This document shows positions 1 to 41,264 of a DNA stretch of 64,000 bases, in pieces (positions within the stretch are counted from its first letter, which is position 1; each line of letters opens with the position of its first letter). Source of the stretch: Macrostomum lignano (taxonomy: Eukaryota). The translations under genes and the position numbers were made by a program. The notes beneath the pieces were generated by a model, which did no database searches, was not told the origin of the DNA, and worked only from the letters and a program-made list of their open reading frames with translations. Where the stretch lies: positions 60,826 through 124,825 of the forward strand of contig NIVC01002475.1 in the NCBI GenBank assembly GCA_002269645.1, written 5' to 3'.

Positions 1-1944
1 CATTTTATTACGTTGGCTGCCCACGCCCAGGCCGTATCTACGGTAACGAGAGCGTAGATAATACTCGGCCGCGGTGGCGAGAGTGGTTGCTACTGTCGGC
101 GGAGCCGCGCCGGAATCCGGCTGCGGTTCACCACTGGCCGTACTGCTAGCAACGCCGGCCGCGGTGACGAGAGTGGTTGCTACTGTCGGCGGAGCCGCGC
201 CGGAATCCGGCTGCGGTTCACCACTGGCCGTACTGCTAGCAACGCCGGCCGCGGTGACGAGAGTGGCTGCTACTGTCGGCGGAGCCGCGCCGGAATCCGG
301 CTGCGGTTCACCACTGGCCGTACTGCTAGCAACGCCGGCCGCGGTGACGAGAGTGGTTGCTACTGTCGGCGGAGCCGCGCCGGAATCCGGCTGCGGTTCA
401 CCACTGGCCGTACTGCTAGCAACGCCGGCCGCGGTGACGAGAGTGGTTGCTACTGTCGGCGGAGCCGCGCCGGAATCCGGCTGCGGTTCACCACTGGCCG
501 TACTGCTAGCAACGCTGGCCGCGGTGTCGGGCATCGGCTCATCAGGATCGAAAACGAGCCCTCTCGATGTAAGGCCTGTGCTAGGCCGCGCCAGTAGTGC
601 CGGGTCGCGGACCATTAGTTGCGCTGCCTCGCGGCACATCGAAAGCACTACTGACGCACCAAAGCTACAATACCTTATCTCTACACCCACAATGGCCACG
701 GCGACATTATCTGTCGTGCAGTAGCCACGGGGGATGCCCTCACGCAAAAGCATTTGTAGCAGGAAGCCGACTAGATCTTTTTGGCCCTTACTGCGCTGAT
801 AGGCCACATCGACTCTCCCTGCCTCCTGACGGAGTAGCGCCAGCAGAGCGTCGGTTCGGTCGGCCAAGGGCTCAGTGCCCATAATGGCGGGCTTTTCGAT
901 TCCAGCTTTATCCCGCGAGCGCAGGCCCATGCCCAACTGCCGAGCCCAAGATCTGAGCAGGTGGAAAAGGCAGTTAAGGCCACAGCCACGCCGAACGACG
1001 TCTCGAATGCCGACTTGAAGGACGACCAGCCGCTCGAGCACAGCAGCCGGTGCCATGCTGACGTCGCATGAGTCGTTCTCTCCGTCTTCTTCGTCCTGCC
1101 ACAGAAAGCCCGTGTAAATGTCGGTTGGGCTTTCCACGGCGGTTGTGAGTAGACCCATGACATCGCGAAGCATTGGCAGGGGCCAGTTCTGCAGAGTGAC
1201 GATGGCATTGCAGCCGCACTGATTGGAAGCCGCCGCCTCGCGCCTGCTGGTTTCAACAGTCAACTGCGCAGCTGAGTGTTTTGACTGGTTCGCAGAGACA
1301 AACCGCTCTGGTCCAGTGTTAACAGGCGACCGATGCGGTGGCTTTTTCAGTGGCAATGCATTCGAACATGCGATGTGCCACTGCCACTGCTCCAGGACGG
1401 CGTCGACGCTAGCGTCTGGCGTGAGCAACCGGCCGACTTCGGCCACTGTCGGTTGCGTCGCGACGCAGGGACTGGCACTGGCTGGCAAATTGGGCCGACT
1501 GTGTACGCCGACTTCGGCCACTGTTGGCTGTCTCGCGACTCTGGGACTGGCACTGGCTGGCAAATTGGGCCGACTGTGTACGCCGACTTCGGCCACTGTT
1601 GGCTGTCTCGCGACTCCGGGACTGGCACTGGCTGGCAAATTGGGCCGACTGTGTACGCCGAATCCGGGCACGAGATTCGCGAGCCACAGCCACGCGCCGT
1701 CCGTTCCGATCCTCTGGCTATACCGGTGTACTAGTTCGGCGACGCTGTTGCATCCGAGGTCAGCGAGAGGAACTTCAGCGCCTAATAGCTGTCGGTAGGA
1801 GGTCAACACGGACTCGATGCGCACCCGAGGTGCTGGACGGCCCCGATGTGCGGGGTACAGCAGGATGGCACGGAGGTTACTAAGCACGTCGGCTAATTTC
1901 CGTTTCTTTTCATCGGACAAATCCGAGATTTCGTTGCGATCCAT
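1..1944 (-). CDS. LOTUS (OST-HTH) domain protein, 3'-truncated by window edge (>=648 aa)
   Basis: Hand translation from ATG at 1944 is open to position 1: MDRNEISDLSDEKKRKLADVLSNLRAILLYPAHRGRPAPRVRIESVLTSYRQLLGAEVPLADLGCNSVAELVHRYSQRI... This matches the LOTUS pattern (LRxLL...Y..L.G..VP...LG..S..EL). An acceptor-like ccctttcag lies 4 nt upstream of the ATG. Confidence 0.75.
   Translation of the reverse strand, partial: MDRNEISDLSDEKKRKLADVLSNLRAILLYPAHRGRPAPRVRIESVLTSYRQLLGAEVPLADLGCNSVAELVHRYSQRIGTDGAWLWLANLVPGFGVHSRPNLPASASPGVARQPTVAEVGVHSRPNLPASASPRVARQPTVAEVGVHSRPNLPASASPCVATQPTVAEVGRLLTPDASVDAVLEQWQWHIACSNALPLKKPPHRSPVNTGPERFVSANQSKHSAAQLTVETSRREAAASNQCGCNAIVTLQNWPLPMLRDVMGLLTTAVESPTDIYTGFLWQDEEDGENDSCDVSMAPAAVLERLVVLQVGIRDVVRRGCGLNCLFHLLRSWARQLGMGLRSRDKAGIEKPAIMGTEPLADRTDALLALLRQEAGRVDVAYQRSKGQKDLVGFLLQMLLREGIPRGYCTTDNVAVAIVGVEIRYCSFGASVVLSMCREAAQLMVRDPALLARPSTGLTSRGLVFDPDEPMPDTAASVASSTASGEPQPDSGAAPPTVATTLVTAAGVASSTASGEPQPDSGAAPPTVATTLVTAAGVASSTASGEPQPDSGAAPPTVAATLVTAAGVASSTASGEPQPDSGAAPPTVATTLVTAAGVASSTASGEPQPDSGAAPPTVATTLATAAEYYLRSRYRRYGLGVGSQRNKM
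66..526 (-). repeat. Coding 90-bp tandem repeat x5 (VASSTASGEPQPDSGAAPPTVATTLVTAAG)
   Basis: Exact 90-nt period, in frame with the LOTUS ORF. Confidence 0.95.
1433..1661 (-). repeat. Coding 75-bp tandem repeat x3 (VHSRPNLPASASPGVARQPTVAEVG)
   Basis: 75-nt period, in frame, directly after the LOTUS domain. Confidence 0.95.
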
Positions 1945-2307
1945 TGTGCTGAAAGGGTGTGACATTCGACTTATGCAAATAGCATTCAGCTTGAACTGTA
2001 GGGGACGTAACTATGGTAGTAATGGCTACTTTGATGCTATCGAGGTATCACTTTTCCTTACTGCACATATGTACATAATGATGCGGAAAATGTATCATTC
2101 AATCAACTTGGGGTTCCAACTGTACGTTAAGTGAACAGTTTTAAAATTATGCTGCACCCAGTACTCAACAGTTTACGAGGTTACCTTCAATACATAAAAT
2201 TAATAACACGTATTACCCAATACTTTCGAAAACGGAAAAAAAGAAAGACAGAAGTCAGTGCACCAATACTAAAGCGCATAATTAAATTTTATTTTCAAAT
2301 CGCATAT

Positions 2308-2507
2308 CAGCTTAGCAGCTGCCTTGAGCCACAACAGAAGCGAGGATAGATTATCCATCGCAGGTCAGCATGGAAGCTGCCTTGAGCCACAACAGAAGCG
2401 AGGATTGATTATCCATCGCAGGTCAGCTTATCAGCTGCCTTGAGCCACAACAGAAGCGAGGATTGATTATCCATCGCAGGTCAGCTTATTAGCTGCCTTG
2501 AGCCACA
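2308..2507. repeat. 58-bp tandem repeat x3.3 with internal hairpin
   Basis: agctgccttgagccac at 2317, 2375, 2433, 2491; unit contains GCGAGGAT(A/T)-GAT-TATCCATCGC. Confidence 0.9.
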
Positions 2508-3132
2508 CGATATGGTTACCGACCATAGTAGTCCGTATAGACTACTCTAGACGTGATCTGCTCACGGCTGGTGCAACTGCAAACGCCTTAGACAAACCAA
2601 TGGAGCATGCACCGACAAAAATCGGATTAGCGTCTATCTTAATAGGAAAGCTGCTTTGCCTACTGGGCCAGTTGGAGCTATTTGGAACCATGCCACTGTC
2701 TCCTTCTAGACACCCAGCTGTGTCAAACAATATGGTTGGCTGATTTTTTATGCTTCTAAGCGTCAAATATGACGATAGAATCATTCAGCCCGTTGACACA
2801 CTAAGCAGCTGTGATAGACTACATGCCAGTGGAAGTCAAACCTCTCGCACACAAACAGGGCGCAACAATTTTTCAATTGTCACCTGTACGGAGGATGGGC
2901 TCAGCCTCACATTACGGACGCTACAGTGCCGCCGAAAAGCAGATCAATTTACATTGCAATTTCGAGGATTTATTACCCCTCGCTTTACAAGAGGAATTAG
3001 CGCCGTTGACCAAACGGATGCCAGGGATTGCCTGATGGGATAGCCATTTGCTGGGGTCTGTATTCAGCGGTTTTCCATCGGAGGCTTCCTCTCAAAATCC
3101 CCATGGAACTTATATAATGGATGCCGGATTGA

Positions 3133-3790
3133 TTCCGACTCAAGTCCCGAAATTTTCCCGGATCAGCTTCGCCCGGAATTTGGCTGAAATTCGAGTCAAG
3201 GGAGCTGATCCGGGTGAATTTTCCGGATCATTTGGTCCGGATCACTGGGGAATTCCGACTCAATTCCCGAAATTTTCCCGGATCAGCTTTGCCCGAAATT
3301 TGGCTGAAATTCGGGTCAAGGGAGCTGATCCGGGCGAATTTTCCGGATCAGTTGGTCCGGATCACTAGGGAGTTCCGACTCAAGTCCCGAAATTTTCCCG
3401 GATCAGCTTCGCCCGGAACTTGGCTGAAATTCGGGTCAAGGGAGCTGATCCGGGCGAATTTTCCGGATCAGTTGGTCCGGATCACTGGAGAATTCCGACT
3501 CAATTCCCGAAATCTCACCCGGAACATTTTCACCCGGAACACTACTGAAATTCGGGTCTACACCCAGAATTCCGTAGTGTTCCGGGTGAAAAATTCCGGA
3601 AAATCAGACCGGAACAGCTTTCCTTTTCCCGAAAATTTTCCGGATCATTTTTCCGGATTTTTTTCCGGAACAAGGGGCTGTTCCGGGCCAAAAAAGCTGA
3701 TCCGGGCCTTCACCCGGAAATCAATTAAAAATCAGGCCCGGATCACAAAATTCCGGAAAAAATTCCGGGTGAAACGTTCGACGGGTAAAC
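3133..3790. repeat. 120-bp tandem repeat x3 followed by inverted-repeat-rich (foldback/MITE-like) segment
   Basis: ttccgact at 3133/3253/3373/3493; cccggatcagct/agctgatccggg inverted pair in each unit; 19-bp perfect IR 3527-3545 / 3574-3592. Confidence 0.8.
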
Positions 3791-4030
3791 ACCATCTTAT
3801 TGAAAACTCTGGTAAAGCTTGTTTAATTCCGTGATTTTAAACACCATCTTATTGAAAACTGTGGTAAAATGTGTTTAATTCCGTGATTTTAAACACCATC
3901 TTATTGAAAACTGTGGTAAAATGTGTTTAATTCCGTGATTTTAAACACCATCTTATTGAAAACTGTGGTAAAATGTGTTTAATTCCGTGGTTTTAAACAC
4001 CATCTTATTGAAAACTACGGTAATTCTTGG
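3787..4030. repeat. 52-bp tandem repeat x4.6
   Basis: aaacaccatcttattgaaaact at 3787, 3839, 3891, 3943, 3995. Confidence 0.9.
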
Positions 4031-5812
4031 TTAACTCCACGATTAAACTCTGTCTCTATCTTATAGAAAAGCACGTGAGATGATGTTTGGAAGAAGAATT
4101 TTTTACCATAAATTGAAAACCTGGCTGTCGGGGTGGTATAAATTACTATTATAAAATAATGTTAATAAGCTGAATGCTTATTAATCAGCTTGTACTCATA
4201 AAATGTTATGCGCCCTACTTCAAGTAACAGTATGGGAATTTGAATGCCCATTTTTGGGGTAATTATACGAATTTAGAGTAGGGAATAACGTTAATCATTT
4301 TAGTCTGTGTCTGAACTTCCACCCGCCCATCTCAAAAGCGATCATATCACTTTAACAAAGCTTTATATAACACTAAGCCTGAAAATATCTATTAAAATTA
4401 TAAAAAACTTGAACGAAAAACAATTGAGCTAATATCAACGAAGTGTGTCGTAAATTTAACCTATTTTGTGAAACTGAGCAATTTCTGTTTGTTTATTAGA
4501 CTTCAAGACTTTACCATTACGAGCTATATGTAAGTAAAAAATGTTAATTAAATTTGTTTCTGTTCTTCAAACATTATAAGCATCCTTAACTTAAGGCTTA
4601 AGGCTTTCTAAACATTAAAGCGAGGGGCCATTGTACGTAAGGGATGGCGTGTACTATTAAAAATATTTGTTGGGACACCTGCTAGAATTGGGATCAGCGA
4701 CATTAAACCAGTGCCCCCCTCTCCAAACTTTGCCACTGATGAAACATCTATTATGGCATATGTGAAAAAGACATTCATTTGAAGAAAAGAAAGCACTTTT
4801 AATTTAAGTATCTGGGACCGGTACGTACGTGGTTTATATTGTAGCTTATAATATCGGATGGTCAATAAATTGACATTTTAGATACATTAAGGTATATATT
4901 GTACATGCAATGCAAACAACAGCCAAGATTGTAGGGTAAAAAATGACTGGGCTGAATTCTGGTTCAGAATCAGCATCAGCACTGGTCCTAACCCCCCTCT
5001 GAAAATCCGGTTTTGGGTTGGTTTTTCTGTACGCAATCCTCCTTTCCGTGCTATTTTTAGATTTGTGACTCCGCTATAATAATGTACAGGAGCTAAATGC
5101 ACATTAAAGGGACTGTACATCTGATTCTATGTTCAATTTCCAAAGTCCAACTTACATTAAGTCTTCAGCCCCAGCTCCCCACACCCCTTTTCGCAGACTT
5201 TCCACAACCCCGTGTTTAGGGTTTCTGCCGGGGCAGCCCCCACACCCCCGGTCGGTCAGTGCACGCACTGTCTGCATGATAGGAACGTCCCCAGAGCCCT
5301 CCCCCGCCCACGAAACAAACAGTTCATTCTGTCCCTCCGACAACCACTATCTTTCCTCTCTGCCCTTTCTCTCCTCCCTTGACTAGAATGTACACAAGTC
5401 TGTAGGCAGGGGCAGGAATGGAGATTTCCAGGCCCATAATGCACACGATTCCTTCGACACCCCGCCCCCATATAATACGCAAACGTTCTCCAGTCTTTTT
5501 ACCAGTTCTAACAACTGCGCCGAAAAATTTCTTTCCTTTTCAAAAAACCAAACACGTGATTACGCCGAATTTTTCTATTCTCAAATGAGCATTCAAAACT
5601 AGGCACCCTGCTCTTTGACCGAACTGTAACGTATATAACCCTAGCCTGTCTACACACCGCTTGCAGCTCCTGTCGATTTGCTGTAAAAGACTATTCCTAT
5701 AATTGAAGCGAACAAGAAGGAACGTGTCTATAAGGTTCCTGTTTAAATACCTGACGATCTGGGTTCTACTAAGTGTAAACTGCACTTTTCTAACAAAAAA
5801 GTGAAGTAAGAA

Positions 5813-35565
<29,753 letters not shown>

Positions 35566-36644
35566 AGCCTCGAGCCCGCATCGACAATTGAAATAAGCAA
35601 AAATTAAGCTGTTTGTTTATTACCCGTAAAACTGGGTGTGTTGTTTTAACTACTGCTATACATAATATTTATTATACATTTTGTATTAAGTATTTCGTTG
35701 CGTCATTTTTCCGGCTTTATTTTTTAAATTAGTGCCATTTTTATAGCAAAAAGTAACAAAATTTTGAATAATATATTTCTAGTAAATTAAATATTCTTAA
35801 ATTTTTATAGTTTTGTCCTACAATTTTTCAGCAATATTATATTTGTTTTATTCGTTGTAAAAATGGCACCAATTTAAATTAAAGTAAGCTTAAATTGAAA
35901 GTTCATTTAAGCTTAAAAAACACGTTTCGAAAAATCTCATGTTCACAGCTTTAATAATCTTTTTCCTCAAATTAACTTAAGTTAATTAAATAAATAATTT
36001 GTCAATTTTTGAGACCAAAAAAAACATTTACGTTCGGCTTGAAATGCTCTGATATTTTATTTGTCACCTTCTGCTAAATAGTAGTTAATAGAAGAAATTC
36101 ACTAAACGCGTTTCCAGTAGTACATGTATCTATAGTAGTAGTAGTAGTAGTAGTTTGCGCTTTCTCTTTGCTTTTTTCTGCAAAGTCACAAATCTTAGCC
36201 CAAGTAATTAGTGCGACATGTACCATCAACTTTTAAAATTCTTTTGCTATAATTGCTTCCCTAAGCGTCATACTTCGCCCTTCATTTTCCCGTTAATTAA
36301 TTACTTATATTTAATAATTTAGATTCAACCAAATTCACTCCATATTTTTTCGTAATAAATTTTAAATATTCCCCGTGCATATTACTATCGAGTAGTCTGT
36401 TTGCCTAGTATTTGGTAGAAAACGAATGATATTACAGATTCTTGCGCTAATTCAAGTAGATTTTGTTTTTGAACAACTTCGGTAAAAATATACTGTCACG
36501 AGTTTTTTCGACTTCATCAACTAGAATTAGAATTTTTGATGTTTAATTAGTTCAAACTTGATGGTTTTTTCTGTTTTTGGTTATTTGGGCATTTCTAGTA
36601 TAGAATATGATAGTGGTGCCTGCGATTGTATCTTCTAGCTGTAC

Positions 36645-37585
36645 CTCAGATATAAGATGGACACCCCAAATATAAGATGGACACCCCAGATATAAGATGG
36701 ACACATCAGATATAGGATGGACACCCCAGATATAAGATGGACACCCCAGATATAAGATGGACACCCCAGATATAAGATGGACACCTCAGATATAAGATGG
36801 ACACCCCAGATATAAGATGGACACCTCAGATATAAGATGGACACCCCAGATATAAGATGGACACCTCAGGTATAAGATGGACACCCCAGATATAAGATAG
36901 ACACCTCAGATACAAGATGGACACCCCAGATATAAGATGGACACCTCAGATATAAGATGGACACCCCAGATATAAGATGGACACCTCAGGTATAAGATGG
37001 ACACCCCAGATATAAGATAGACACCTCAGATATAAGATGGACACCCCAGATATAAGATAGACACCTCAGATATAAGATGGACACCCCAGATATAAGATAG
37101 ACACCTCAGATATAGGATGGACACCTCAGATATAAGATGGACACCCCAGATATAAAATGGACGCCTCAGATATAAAATGGACACCTCAGATATAAAATGG
37201 ACACCCCAGATATATAATGGACACCTCAGATATATAATGGAAACCTCAGATATAAAACGGACACCTCAGATATAAAATGGACACCTCAGAATAAAATGGA
37301 CACCTCAGATATAAAATGGGCACCTCAGATATAGACTGGACACCCCAGATATATAATGGACACCCCAGATATATAATGGACACCTCAGATATATAATGGA
37401 CACCCCAGATATATAATGGACACCCCAGATATATAATGGACACCCCAGATATATAATGGACACCTCAAATATAAAATGGACACCTCAAATATAAAATGGA
37501 CACCTCAAATATAAAATGGACACTCCAAATATAAGATGGACACTCCAAATATAAGATGGACACCCCAGAAATAAATACACCTCAG
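36645..37585. repeat. 20-bp minisatellite (cagatataagatggacaccc)
   Basis: About 46 copies with gradual variant drift. Confidence 0.96.
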
Positions 37586-38257
37586 ATATTCCGATAAAAA
37601 CTGCTTGAACTTATCTCCATCTATTACTGAGAAGCGAAATAAACAGCCTAGCCCAACTAGATGCACTATGACAAGCACTTTTAACCGGTCTCATCTTAGT
37701 CCTGGCTGCAATAATAAAAACACTTATAAAGAAGTTATCGAATCAATTATCTAAAGTGCCACGCGGAGAGCAGGGCGATGTCGATTTAGAAAATCATTTG
37801 CTAATTATGGCATCCAGACCAAGGAGTCGTGTAGGGTGCGTTTGATTCCCCAGACTCCCACTTCACTTATCTGGGAGGCTGCCCACTCTTGATCTTGCTG
37901 GACTTGCTCCCCCCTGGGGAGATCGAACTGGCTGGAAAGGTTGATGCGAAGTTAAAAAATGTAAAGTGATGTCAGAGAGGGACCAAGGCGACCCAAAACC
38001 AGAACCTGGGTAAACTCCCACTAACTCCCATCTCTCCACTATACTAAAATGAGTTGTTTCTATCCATCTATCTACATCGACTATAGCTTATTGGGCTTCA
38101 GAATTTAGAATTTTAGAGTTTAGACAGACGAAGTTTTATTGCCTGTCAATTTAAAATGACAGTTCAATAATTCCGCAATTCCCCCAAGAGTATTTTATGG
38201 TTGACATGGGGGATTCTATTTTATGGCTGAACCCTAACCCCCCTAACCCTCTAAAGG

Positions 38258-38650
38258 AACCGCAGCCCCAGTGGTCCAGCGCAGCTCTCTGATGTGCCAG
38301 CGGCCCAGGCTCGATTCCAAGTGCAGTCACATTAATTTGGGGCTGAATTGGAATCTCGGCTTGGCTCTGCTCTTGCAATTAACGGCCTTGAGGACCAACC
38401 CCCAAGGCACAGTAAAGTGTACATGCCTAACGATAAATAAAGTCAGGGCCGCTGTAAACTCCTGTGTGAGTGTGTGCCTGTGCGTATCACTGCGTACGTA
38501 TCCGCGCGCTTGTGTGCCTGCTCAGAGGGGGGTCGGCGGAATGGGCGGCAGTAATGGCTCTCGCCGGGTGTGTGACAATGCCGCTTAAAGTGCAGTGCGC
38601 CAGGGTGCGCCAGCTTCTGCCTCTATTACAAATGTATTATATTATTATTA
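38258..38650 (+). mobile_element. Probable tRNA-derived SINE
   Basis: A-box-like CAGTGGTCCAGCG, B-box-like GGCTCGATTCC, about 390-bp GC-rich body, (ATT)n tail; no TSD seen. Confidence 0.5.
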
Positions 38651-39219
38651 GGTGGCTTTATGGGGAGGAGCTGGCACTCCAGGTTCTGACTCTGAGCCTC
38701 CTTGAGTGATCCAAGGAGCATTACTAATGTGTATACATACAGGCTTTTTTAGTGCTCAAAGTGTTGAGGGCGTAACGACACCTCCTGCCTTAACTAACAT
38801 GCAAGTCAACCTCTACGAGATGAGGGCCTCACTTTGCTCCTCAATTATTGACAGCCAGCAACATCGGCATGTACAGAAAGTCAATTTTTAGAGGGCCTGC
38901 AGCTTAGCTTGGCCCGAGAGCTGTGTGCAACTCGCTCCCCTTATCAACTGGCAGAGTTGCTAAGTTTATTACCTATACATGTAGTAGCATGCTCCAGTAG
39001 TCCTGTGCATCTCTTCTCCCTGTAATTTCATTCTGAGCAGTGCTGGCCCACAGCAGAGCTCATTAGAGTTAGCCTGCTGAGCACCCGGTTTCGGGTTATG
39101 TAAGCTCATCTGTAATTTGCTCATCTGCCACTGTTGCTGTTCTGTAATGACTGCTTTGTTAGGCATGTGGAGTCTGAGAAGTGTGCTCTCATTATGCTTC
39201 CATCTGTTTTCAGGCAGAT

Positions 39220-39801
39220 TTCTAGCTGAGATTATCTTCCTTAGCTGTGAGATTCCCCGCTGAGATTATCCTCCCTAGGTGTGAGATTCCCAGTTGAGAT
39301 TATCCCCCCTAGGTGTGAGATTCCTAGCTGAGATTATCTCCCCTAGGTGTGAGATTCCTAGTTGAGATTATCTTCCTTAGGTGTGAGATTCCCAGCTGAG
39401 ATTATCTCCCCTAGGTGTGAGATTCCTAGTTGAGATTATCTTCCCTAAGTGTGGGATTCCCAGCTGAGATTATCCCCTATTTGTGAGATTCCTAGCTGAG
39501 CTTATCTTTCCTAAGTGTGATATTCCTAGCTGAGATTATCTTCCCTAAGTGTGAGATTCCTAGCTGAGATTATCTTTCCTAAGTGTGAGATTCCTAGCTG
39601 AGATTATCTTTCCTAAGTGTTAGATTCCTAGCTGAGATTATCTTTCCTAAGTGTTAGATTCCTAGCTGAGATTATCTTTCCTAAGTGTGAGATTCCTAGC
39701 TGAGATTATCTTTCCTAAGTGTGAGATTCCTAGCTGAGATTATCTTTCCTAAGTGTTAGATTCCTAGCTGAGATTATCTTTCCTAAGTGTTAGATTCCTA
39801 G
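39220..39801. repeat. 34-bp satellite (ctagctgagattatcttccctaagtgtgagattc), left arm
   Basis: Same unit resumes after the retrotransposon. Confidence 0.95.
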
Positions 39802-40510
39802 TGTTGTGTCACTACACGTGATCGAAACAGCCCCTAAGAACGCTCTGCAGTGATCGAGCCTGGAGATGGCGTCAGCCCACTGACCGGACTGACTCCGTAA
39901 CTGAGCGTGGGGTCGCGTCGAGGTAAGGTAGTCAGTCCGTCCCTGAGGTGTACAGTACCCACTTCGCACGAGGCCCAAATGAGTAATGAATGCAGGCGCA
40001 GGTCTTACTTTGATTTCCAATCTGCTCGACGATGGGCAAGGCAGCGAATTCGTTAATTTGTAGAACTGAGATTCTTGCTGTTGAAGTTTGTAGGTTCTGA
40101 AGAGTAGTCTAGTGTCAGGCGTCAACAAGCGCGCTCGCCCTGCCCACCGCCAGCAATTCTCTATTTATTTGGACTGCCTGGCGTAAGCCCTAGGGTCTCA
40201 CGCCAGACAGCATTATCAAAACCCAACTTATTGGCCAATCACCAATTGACAAGGGCTAACAAAAGGGGGAGAGAGGGGCCAGACCAGCCAATCCGGCTGG
40301 GTACGCATAAAGAAACGGGGCAGAGCATAAGAGCTGATACACAACTGGGGAGGGGGGGGGTTAGCGCAGGCAGAAATGGGGGGGTTGACACAAACAGAAT
40401 GGGGGGGGTGGCGCAGGCACGCAGCCAGGAGGGGTGGGAGTGCAGTGCCGGGCGCACTTGACCGAGAGCCAGAGATTGCTCATCGGTGCAGGTGCACCCC
40501 GGGCACAACA
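39802..40510 (-). repeat. 3' LTR (709 bp)
   Basis: Matches 46241-46950; AATAAA on minus strand at 40164-40169. Confidence 0.97.
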
Positions 40511-40525
40511 CCCTCCCCCTCCACG
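40511..40525 (-). other. Polypurine tract (cgtggagggggaggg)
   Basis: Purine run abutting the 3' LTR. Confidence 0.85.
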
Positions 40526-40608
40526 AAAAGAGGGTTCATACCATAGACGAAGGACTGTGCAATGACGACATGAGCATTTGTTATTGTCAGCTGGCATTTT
40601 ACACACAG

Positions 40609-41154
40609 TTAAATATTATAAAATTCACGCGCAGCCGCAGCCAGTCGACCAGATAGAGCCCCGTCGCTTCGCTCCTCAGCAAGCCAGGCCGCCGCCTTCC
40701 GGACATCAGTCGGCTTGCCCGGGTTTCCCGCGAATGGCGCTGACGAAGCGACTAGCAGCCGGTCGGAAGGTATCGCTGCGACGCGTCGGGCATGCCATCG
40801 GCTGTTGACGACCCGGGCGGTGACTTCAAATTTCAGTCTTGGCAACGACGCTAGGTACAGGCTGAGAGTGTCTTTGGGCCAGTCGGAAGATTCGACAACT
40901 AGAATGCGACAGTTTGCAAAGTCCGACGCCACTAGCAACTGTAAGAACTGGTGCCAGGCCGAGCCACCGGGTTCGACTGGGCTACGTCTACGCTCTCGCA
41001 AACGAACCAGGAGGGGTAGATCTCGTTTCTTTGCTAGCCGAACCTGTAGCTCCATGGCTGCCATTTGTTGCTCCACACTGATTGCAGTATTCTGGACGTC
41101 CAACTCGGCTTCACCGACAGCCACTACCCTTGCCCATCCTTGCCCAAAATACAA
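40609..41154 (-). CDS. TatD-like (amidohydrolase TIM-barrel) ORF, probably catalytically inactive; 5' end uncertain
   Basis: Collinear TatD motifs: VVAVGEAELD (VVAIGExGLD), QVRLAKKRDLPLLVR (QLELAKELNLPVIIH), IPSDRLLVASSAPF (IPLDRLLxETDAPY), KPTDVRKAAAWLA, EFYNI at the C-terminus. Confidence 0.75.
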   Translation of the reverse strand: MYFGQGWARVVAVGEAELDVQNTAISVEQQMAAMELQVRLAKKRDLPLLVRLRERRRSPVEPGGSAWHQFLQLLVASDFANCRILVVESSDWPKDTLSLYLASLPRLKFEVTARVVNSRWHARRVAAIPSDRLLVASSAPFAGNPGKPTDVRKAAAWLAEERSDGALSGRLAAAAREFYNI

Positions 41155-41264
41155 TTACAACTGCATGAAAATACGAACCCGTACTGTACTCAGCAACTTG
41201 AAGGCGCGATGAGAAGGGTGAGAATTAAACGTTCCAGAGCGATTGATAGACAGATTGGTACAGA

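Noticed and set aside
74-1798. Plus-strand ORFs 74-724 and 1223-1798
   Set aside because: They are antisense shadows of the longer minus-strand LOTUS ORF.
2510-2552. Hairpin AGTAGTC/GACTACT followed by CTAG, resembling a Helitron 3' end
   Set aside because: The hairpin abuts CTAG with no spacer, the next base is not T, and no 5' TC end or Rep/helicase is seen.
38231-38250. CCCTAA telomere-like motifs (also 50571-50582)
   Set aside because: Only two imperfect units each; not an interstitial telomeric array.
39790-40128. 112-aa ORF duplicated at 46229-46567
   Set aside because: It lies within the LTRs and has no recognisable motif; the duplication simply reflects LTR identity.
40609-41154. 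Extra retrotransposon ORF as env
   Set aside because: No signal peptide, furin site or TM anchor; the motifs are TatD-like.
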